The notes under the pieces: generated by a model
What the model was told of the DNA's origin: nothing
Databases searched by the model: none
What the model saw: only the letters and a program-made list of their open reading frames with translations
Shown: in pieces, positions 1 to 5,270 of the stretch
How positions within the stretch are numbered: position 1 is the stretch's first letter
Layout: the number at the start of each line of letters is the position of its first letter
Program-made: the position numbers and the translations under genes
Assembly (NCBI GenBank): GCA_035761145.1
Contig: DASTRQ010000171.1
Location: forward strand, 1-52,651
From: Gemmatimonadales bacterium
GTDB lineage: Bacteria; Gemmatimonadota; Gemmatimonadetes; Gemmatimonadales; GWC2-71-9
Reading direction: 5' to 3'
Length of the DNA: 52,651 nt

Positions 1-192
1 GTCATCATCGGTGACACCCCCGCCGACGTGACCTGCGGGGCGGGGATCGGCGCGCGGCCGGTGGCGGTGGCCACCGGGCACTACCCGGCGGAGGCGCTCC
101 GCTCGGCGGGCGCCGCCCACGTCTTCGCCGATCTCACGGACACCGACCGCGTCCTCGAGGCCATCCTGTGGGATCGCTCGAGCTCGAACTGA
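1..192 (+). CDS. HAD-superfamily hydrolase (phosphoglycolate-phosphatase-like), C-terminal fragment; 5' end lies outside the window
   Basis: Frame 1 is open from base 1 to TGA 190-192. It reads VIIGDTPADVTCGAGIGARPVAVATGHY...AHVFADL, the GDxxxD motif region of HAD phosphatases. It is absent from the ORF track because no start codon lies in the window. Confidence 0.6.
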   Translation, partial: VIIGDTPADVTCGAGIGARPVAVATGHYPAEALRSAGAAHVFADLTDTDRVLEAILWDRSSSN

Positions 193-752
193 AGGGCGTG
201 GTGCCCGACCCCGCCGCGCTCGCCGCGCGCCTGACGGCCGCGGGAGGACGGCGCGCGTTCCGCGGGATGCTGCACGACCGCCGCTTCGACCGGGCGGGGG
301 AGCTCGCCGCCCGCGATGAGGTGCTGCGCACCCGCCGCTGGGTGCCCGACGAGGGGACCCCCCGCACCGAACTCGGGTGGAAAGGGCCTACCGCACGCTC
401 CCCCGAGGGCTACAAGTCCCGCGAGGAGCGCGAGCTCACCGTGACCGGGGGGGACGCCGAGGCGCTCCTCGCCGGGCTCGGCTATGCGCCGGTCCACGCG
501 ATCGACCGCCGCGTGGAGGTCTGGCACGTGGCCGAGGCGGTGGTGCGCGTGGAGTGGTATCCGCGGATGGACGTGCTGGTCGAGGTCGAGGGCGCCCCCG
601 GGGCGATCGAGGCCGCGATCCGCGCCAGCGGGCTTGCGCGCGCGAGCTTCAGCGACGAACCGCTCGCCGCCTTCACCGCACGCTACGATGCGGCGCACCC
701 CGGCGCGCCGAGCCTCGTGGCCAGGGAGGGATGGCGGGGAGGGCCAGCGTGA
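168..752 (+). CDS. CYTH-domain protein (CyaB/ThTPase-like)
   Basis: GTG start at 168. N-terminal LELELKG matches the ExExK CYTH signature. Size (~190 aa), alternating acidic/basic beta-strand pattern and GC3-rich codons fit. Confidence 0.65.
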   Translation: MGSLELELKGVVPDPAALAARLTAAGGRRAFRGMLHDRRFDRAGELAARDEVLRTRRWVPDEGTPRTELGWKGPTARSPEGYKSREERELTVTGGDAEALLAGLGYAPVHAIDRRVEVWHVAEAVVRVEWYPRMDVLVEVEGAPGAIEAAIRASGLARASFSDEPLAAFTARYDAAHPGAPSLVAREGWRGGPA

Positions 753-1471
753 GCGCCGCGCCCCGCCCTCGCGCGCCACGACCGGTGGTCCCCGAGCTCG
801 GGCCCGCGCTGGGACGGCTCACAAGCCTCCCCGGCGCGCGGGTGGCCGCCCCGCCACCGCCCCGCGTGGAGCTCGCCGACCTTCGCCTCGGCCTCGTGGA
901 CCGCGTCTTCGCCCTGGCGCACGACGCCCGGATGGCGCTCGATGCCGACGGCGCCGCCGAGCTCCTCTCCGCCGATCGCTGGCAACCGGTCTGGGAGCGG
1001 GCGGTCGAGGCCGCCGCGGCGCGCACCGCGGGCCGCATCGAGGATGCGCTTGCCGAGGCGGCGGCGGACGCCGCCCTCCCGGCCCGCCGGCGCCGGCGAC
1101 TCGCGCTCACCAAGGAGGAGCGCCAGCTCCTGCGCGCCCGGCTCGACGGCGCGGGGGTGCCCTTCTTCGACGCCATCGCCCACTTCGACGCAGCGTCGCC
1201 CGGCTCCGCGGAGTGGCGCGACCGGTTGCTGGCCGCGATGCACCGGCTCGAGGACGCCTGGCTCGAGGTGGAGCAGCGCGGACTGGCCGAGGAGGCGGCG
1301 TGGGGCGACGCCATCGCCCGGGTGCGCGCCTGGCGGCCTTCGCCGTGGCCGCGGCGCGTCCTGGCGGTCCTGCTCGCCGCGGCCGCCGGCTACCTTGGGC
1401 TCGTGCTCGGTGGCTTCGTGCCGACCCCCGCCCCCCTCGCCCCTCTCGTCACCTGGTGGTGGAGCCGATGA
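731..1471 (+). CDS. hypothetical protein with C-terminal transmembrane helix
   Basis: ATG 731 lies in the frame of track ORF 377..1471 and overlaps the CYTH stop. Ala/Arg/Glu-rich helical sequence ends in the hydrophobic VLAVLLAAAAGYLGLVLGGFV. ATGA overlap with acpS. The start is uncertain. Confidence 0.45.
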   Translation: MAGRASVSAAPRPRAPRPVVPELGPALGRLTSLPGARVAAPPPPRVELADLRLGLVDRVFALAHDARMALDADGAAELLSADRWQPVWERAVEAAAARTAGRIEDALAEAAADAALPARRRRRLALTKEERQLLRARLDGAGVPFFDAIAHFDAASPGSAEWRDRLLAAMHRLEDAWLEVEQRGLAEEAAWGDAIARVRAWRPSPWPRRVLAVLLAAAAGYLGLVLGGFVPTPAPLAPLVTWWWSR

Positions 1472-1857
1472 ACGTCCTCGGAGTGGGGATCGATCTCGTG
1501 GACATCCCTCGCGTCGCCGAGATGCTGGCGCGGCGCGAGTCGCAGGCGCTGCAGAAGCTGCTGACCTCCGCCGAGCGCGCCTTCGTGCTGGCCCAGCCGG
1601 TGCCGGCGCGGCACGTGGCGGCGCGCATCGCCGCCAAGGAAGCGGTGTATAAGGCGCTGCAGGCACTTCCCGACGCGCGGGCGGTGGGGTGGCAGGACAT
1701 CGAGGTGCTGCGGAGCGATCACGGCCGGCCGAGCATCCAGCTCCACGGTGTGGCGGCGACGCTCGCGGAGCGGCACGGGCCGCTCGTCATCGAGCTGTCG
1801 CTCAGTCATTCGGAGATGACGGCGGGGGCGGTGGCGATGGTGGGGGTAGCGCGGTAG
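1468..1857 (+). CDS. acpS: holo-[acyl-carrier-protein] synthase
   Basis: MNVLGVGIDLVDIPRV... and AAKEAVYKAL... are typical AcpS N-terminal and core motifs. ~129 aa. ATGA overlap with the upstream ORF. Confidence 0.9.
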   Translation: MNVLGVGIDLVDIPRVAEMLARRESQALQKLLTSAERAFVLAQPVPARHVAARIAAKEAVYKALQALPDARAVGWQDIEVLRSDHGRPSIQLHGVAATLAERHGPLVIELSLSHSEMTAGAVAMVGVAR

Positions 1858-1931
1858 CGTTTCATTGTTGCAACGTGAAACGGGTTGGGTGGCTTCGCGT
1901 ACGGGGGGCATCATCCTCACCGAGGTCACCG

Positions 1932-2336
1932 ATGTCGCAGTCCAGACTCGCCCGGGCACTCCTGGCGTTCCTCACCTTGGCGGCGGCGCTCCCGCTCCTC
2001 GCCCAGACCGCGGCCCCCGCCGCGACGCCTGCGTTCCCCTACGGCCGCTATACCCTGCAGGCGATCGATCCCGCCCACGCCCCGCCGGCTGGGCTCGTCC
2101 TGGAGTTCACCGCGAGCGCGCTCAAGGTGAGCAGCGGAGGGCAGGAGGTGGAGAGCCACGGGATGGCGGTGGATGGAGCCACCTGGGAGGTCTTCGACCT
2201 CGACGGCCGCTGCACCGAACCGGGCGACTACCACTGGCACCTGGATGGCAGAGTGCTCTGGATGGAGCTGGTCAGCGACCCCTGTGAGGACCGGGCCCGG
2301 AGCATCACCTCCATGCGATTCCTCCCCGCCGAATAG
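1932..2336 (+). CDS. secreted hypothetical protein
   Basis: ATG 1932 is followed by a signal-peptide-like LARALLAFLTLAAALPLLAQTAA. GC3-rich frame. A terminator hairpin follows. Confidence 0.55.
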   Translation: MSQSRLARALLAFLTLAAALPLLAQTAAPAATPAFPYGRYTLQAIDPAHAPPAGLVLEFTASALKVSSGGQEVESHGMAVDGATWEVFDLDGRCTEPGDYHWHLDGRVLWMELVSDPCEDRARSITSMRFLPAE

Positions 2337-2361
2337 AGCACGCTCGGCGACCGTCACGTGA

Positions 2362-2392
2362 GGCGCCCCGCTCAGGAGAGGGGGCGCTTTTG
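2362..2392 (+). terminator. intrinsic terminator after the 1932-2336 gene
   Basis: GCGCCCC (2363-2369) pairs with GGGGCGC (2381-2387) and is followed by TTTT (2388-2391). Confidence 0.6.
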
Positions 2393-2467
2393 CTCGTCCG
2401 GCCCGCCGCTGGAAATCCCTACCGTTGTGCTCTACTTTACCACCTGTCTTTCCCAATTCGGTTGAAA

Positions 2468-4621
2468 ATGCTTCTCAATCGTGTGGTGGCACTCGGCTCG
2501 CCCATCGTCCTCGGGCTCGTTCTCGGGGCGGCGCCGCTCCGCGCGGCCGATGACGTGCCGGCCACCGTACGCCGCATCGCGGCCACCACGCAGCTCGCGG
2601 CGCAGGAATACCGGATCGGCGTGCGCGACGGCAAGGTCGTGGCCCAGGCCGAGGTGGACGAGGCGAAGCTCTTCCTGACCGAGGCGCGCCGGGCCGCGGC
2701 GCTCCTCCCCGCGCCGGGTGACCGGGAGACCATCGCGGCGCTCGACGCCCTGCTCGGGCAGGTGGGGCGCACGGTCTCGCCAGATACCCTGGCCGCGGGG
2801 GTCGCGGCGCTCGGCGCCCGCCTGGCGGCCACGTACCAGGTCACGCTCGAGGAGATGCCCGCCACCCCTCCGTCGCTGGCGCGCGGGCGGGAGCTCTATG
2901 CCCGCGAATGCGCCAGCTGTCACGGCGTCGCGGGCGCGGGGGACGGGATCGCCGCCGCTACGCTCACCCCGCCGCCCGCCGACCTCACCGCCCGCGTCGT
3001 GCTCGCCGGCACCTCGCCGCTCGACTTCTACCGTCGCATCAGCATCGGGGTCGCGGGGACCTCGATGCCCGCCTATGAGGCCCGGCTCTCGAACGACGAC
3101 CGGTGGGCGCTCGCGGCGTACGCCTCGACGCTCCGCCTGCCGGCGCCCGCGGGGGATGTCCCCGCCGACCTGAGCGGCTTCGACGCCACGGCCCGGCTGA
3201 GTGACAGCGCCCTCGCGGCCGCGGTGGCCCCGGGGACCGACGTCTCCGCGCCGGCGGCGCTGGCGCGCGTGGCTGCGGTGCGGCAGGCGGCGACGCTCGA
3301 GGGGTCGCCGGTGGACTTCGGCCCCCTCTACGACCGGGTGCGCGCGACGCTCGCCACGGCCGTGGCCCAGGCCGAGGCGGGCCGCACCGAGGCGGCGAGC
3401 GCCACGGCGTTCGACGCCTACATGGCCTTCGAGAAGGTGGAGCCGACGCTCCGGGCCAAGGATGGCGGCCTGGCCGGCCGGCTCGAGGCGCAGTTCGCGG
3501 CGCTCCGCACGCGCGCCGCCGGCGGCGCCACCCCGGCGGAGCTGCGCCAGCTGCACGGCGAGCTCCTGGCCCAGCTCGAACTGGCCGAGCGGCTCACCGC
3601 GGAGCGGCCCTCGGCGACGAACCTCTTCCTGCAGTCGCTGGGCCTGATGCTGCGCGAGGGGCTCGAGGCGATCCTCATCGTCGGCGCCGTGCTCGCCTTC
3701 CTGACGCGCACCGGCGCCACCCGGCGCCGGCGCGACGTGCACGTGGGCGTCGGCGCGGCGGTGCTCGCGAGCCTGCTCACCGCGGTGGCGCTCGAGACGA
3801 TCTTCCAGCTCTCGGGCAACCAGCGTGAGGCGCTCGAGGGGCTCACGATGGTCCTCGCCGCGGCGGTGCTCTTCTACGTGAGCTACTGGCTGCTCAGCAA
3901 GATCGAGGTGGCCCGCTGGAACAAGTTCGTGAAGGAACAGGTCCAGGACGCCCTCTCCGGCGGTTCGGCCCTGGCGCTCGCCTCGGTGGCGTTCCTCGCG
4001 GTGTACCGCGAGGGGTTCGAGACGGTGCTCTTCTACAAGGCGCTCTACCTGGCGGGGGGCGCGGGGGCGTTCGGGCCCATCACCGCGGGGATCCTGGTCG
4101 GCGGCGCGGCGCTCGCGGTGCTCTACGTGGGGATCGAGCGCTTCGGGGTGCGGCTGCCGCTCAAGCCGTTCTTCGCGGTCACGAGCGCCTTCCTGTACTA
4201 CATGGCCTTCGTCTTCGCGGGGAAGGGGATCGCCGAGCTGCAGGGGGGCGGCTACGTGAGCGTGACACCCTTCACCCCCGAGATCCGGCTCCCCGCCCTG
4301 GGGATCTACTCCACCTGGGAGACGCTCGGCGTGCAGGGCTTCCTCCTGCTCGCCTTCCTCGGGGCGATGGTGTGGACCTTCCTCATCGAGCCGCGGCGCC
4401 TCAAGGTGACGGCGGTGATGGTGCCCGAGCCCGTTCCCGCCGGCACCGCCGCGTCCGCGGCCCCCGCCCCCGCGGGGACGATGGCGCCGGCAGCGGTGCT
4501 CGACCAGGATGTGCTCCGTTCGCTGGAGCGGATGGAGGCCGACGCGGCCGAGCTCAAGGCCGAGGTGCAGCGGCTCAAGGAACTGCTGGCGCGTCGGGCG
4601 ATCGACCGGATGACGACGTAG
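2468..4621 (+). CDS. cytochrome c / FTR1-family high-affinity iron permease fusion
   Basis: Signal peptide, then the heme-binding CASCHG (CxxCH) with distal Met (GTSMPAY). The polytopic C-terminal half carries the two FTR1 REXXE motifs (REGLEAILIVG, YREGFETVLFY). Confidence 0.85.
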   Translation: MLLNRVVALGSPIVLGLVLGAAPLRAADDVPATVRRIAATTQLAAQEYRIGVRDGKVVAQAEVDEAKLFLTEARRAAALLPAPGDRETIAALDALLGQVGRTVSPDTLAAGVAALGARLAATYQVTLEEMPATPPSLARGRELYARECASCHGVAGAGDGIAAATLTPPPADLTARVVLAGTSPLDFYRRISIGVAGTSMPAYEARLSNDDRWALAAYASTLRLPAPAGDVPADLSGFDATARLSDSALAAAVAPGTDVSAPAALARVAAVRQAATLEGSPVDFGPLYDRVRATLATAVAQAEAGRTEAASATAFDAYMAFEKVEPTLRAKDGGLAGRLEAQFAALRTRAAGGATPAELRQLHGELLAQLELAERLTAERPSATNLFLQSLGLMLREGLEAILIVGAVLAFLTRTGATRRRRDVHVGVGAAVLASLLTAVALETIFQLSGNQREALEGLTMVLAAAVLFYVSYWLLSKIEVARWNKFVKEQVQDALSGGSALALASVAFLAVYREGFETVLFYKALYLAGGAGAFGPITAGILVGGAALAVLYVGIERFGVRLPLKPFFAVTSAFLYYMAFVFAGKGIAELQGGGYVSVTPFTPEIRLPALGIYSTWETLGVQGFLLLAFLGAMVWTFLIEPRRLKVTAVMVPEPVPAGTAASAAPAPAGTMAPAAVLDQDVLRSLERMEADAAELKAEVQRLKELLARRAIDRMTT

Positions 4622-4661
4622 CGCAGGGGCGCAGGGGCGCAGGGTCGCAGGGTCGCAGGGG
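4622..4661. repeat. five tandem 8-mers (CGCAGGGK)5, G-tract rich
   Basis: The sequence reads cgcagggg cgcagggg cgcagggt cgcagggt cgcagggg directly after the FTR1 stop. A complementary CTGCGACCCTGC lies at 4676-4687. Confidence 0.95.
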
Positions 4662-4693
4662 GTGGGAGGCGGGCACTGCGACCCTGCAATGCT

Positions 4694-4787
4694 GTCATCC
4701 CGAGCGCAGCGAGGGATCTTGGAGGCGCGGCTCTGATCGGAGTCCGTCCTGCAAGATCCCTCGTTCGCTGCGCTCCCTCGGGGTGAC
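4694..4787. repeat. imperfect inverted repeat (REP/MITE-like palindromic element)
   Basis: Left arm GTCATCCCGAGCGCAGCGAGGGATCTTG (4694-4721). Right arm CAAGATCCCTCGTTCGCTGCGCTCCCTCGGGGTGAC (4752-4787). A 30-nt spacer separates them. Confidence 0.9.
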
Positions 4788-4817
4788 CGGGTCGCGCCTC
4801 TGCGTCCCTGCAGAAAT

Positions 4818-4844
4818 GAAAAGGTCCGCCGTAGCGGACCTTTT
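4818..4844. terminator. bidirectional intrinsic terminator hairpin
   Basis: GAAAA-GGTCCGC(4823-4829)-cgta-GCGGACC(4834-4840)-TTTT. A U-run is available on both strands (TTTTCGAA on +, TTTTCATTT on -). Confidence 0.75.
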
Positions 4845-4953
4845 CGAAGGAGGTGACTGGTAGCCCCCTGAGCTTTGACGGAGACGAGCAGAAGTGCCCG
4901 CTCCAACCCTTCTTCTACCAGCCACTTTGCCGTGGGCCGAACCGCGCCCTCAC
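4818..4953 (-). ncRNA. candidate ~135-nt small RNA (unclassified), predicted sigma-54 dependent
   Basis: Bounded by a -24/-12 promoter match and the intrinsic terminator. No credible ORF. Nested stems at 4857-4863/4915-4921 and 4880-4904. Anti-SD-like UCACCUCCUUC just 5' of the terminator. Ends are predicted, not observed. Confidence 0.45.
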
Positions 4954-4964
4954 TATCTCTATGG

Positions 4965-4979
4965 GCAAAGTTGGTGCCA
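4965..4979 (-). promoter_or_regulatory. sigma-54 (-24/-12) promoter match TGGCAC-N5-TTGC
   Basis: The minus strand reads GTGGCACCAACTTTGCCC. TGGCAC is the reverse complement of 4974-4979 and TTGC of 4965-4968, with an exact 5-nt spacer, in non-coding DNA. Confidence 0.5.
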
Positions 4980-5071
4980 CGGGTGAAGTGGAGGTGAAGT
5001 CGCTGTCTAACGTCTTTGTTCACATCGACTTAAGTGATGATCTCCGAGTGGTACCGCGACGGGCGGTTTGG

Positions 5072-5153
5072 TGTCAGATATTTGACAATTTGTAGTGCTA
5101 TTTTTGTAAAACATTGTCAAGCAACGAGTTACACGACTGTCAAAAATTTGACG
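5072..5153. promoter_or_regulatory. two enhancer-like palindromes TGTCA-N6-TGAC(A/G)
   Basis: TGTCAgatattTGACA at 5072-5087 and TGTCAaaaattTGACG at 5138-5153. Centres are 66 bp apart, ~125 and ~190 bp upstream of the predicted sRNA start. An extra TTGACAAT/ATTGTCAA inverted repeat lies at 5082-5089/5113-5120. Confidence 0.35.
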
Positions 5154-5190
5154 CTTACCATCGATCGACAGATTTTTTGACGATCCGGTC

Positions 5191-5258
5191 CCGCCCTTCG
5201 CGCTTGGCGCGCGGGGGCCCTCATCGGCGGCGGCGATCAGCGCCTCGAGGGTACGGCC
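5191..5258 (-). pseudogene. decayed duplicate of the 3' end of the GGDEF gene (frameshifted relic)
   Basis: 68 nt align with 7903-7971 with about 6 differences. The copy translates GRTLEALIAAADE and then loses frame through a 1-nt deletion, versus GRTLEALIAAADECLLRAKREGRN in the intact gene. Confidence 0.75.
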
Positions 5259-5270
5259 CGGTGTGCGCGG

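Noticed and set aside
4818-4953. Whether the candidate RNA is a known housekeeping RNA (tmRNA, 6S, SRP/4.5S, RNase P).
   Set aside because: I could not find the hallmark sequences. There is no GGGG...ACCA acceptor pairing or tag ORF (tmRNA). There is no GGAAGCAGCC-type SRP domain IV motif. There is no GAGGAAAGUCC (RNase P). The 5'/3' ends do not form the long closing helix of 6S RNA. The RNA is left unclassified pending an Rfam scan.
2432-5023. Very long antisense or off-frame ORFs in the track. Examples are 2432-5023(-) at 863 aa, 5388-7811(+) at 807 aa, 40687-44559(-) at 1290 aa, 9321-11489(+) and 27899-30832(+) upstream part.
   Set aside because: They are Arg/Pro/Gly/Ala-rich low-complexity translations lying opposite or out of frame to genes with clear family motifs. 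This is the typical stop-codon-poor shadow ORF of very GC-rich DNA. Only the motif-bearing frames were annotated.
4853-5095. 80-aa ORF on the plus strand in the AT-rich island, preceded by a perfect AAGGAGGTGA.
   Set aside because: The GTG start overlaps the SD-like sequence, leaving no spacing. Codon usage is unlike any gene in the window. The ORF runs through the sigma-54 promoter match and the palindromic enhancer-like sites. The SD-like sequence is better explained as the complement of an anti-SD tract in a minus-strand RNA.
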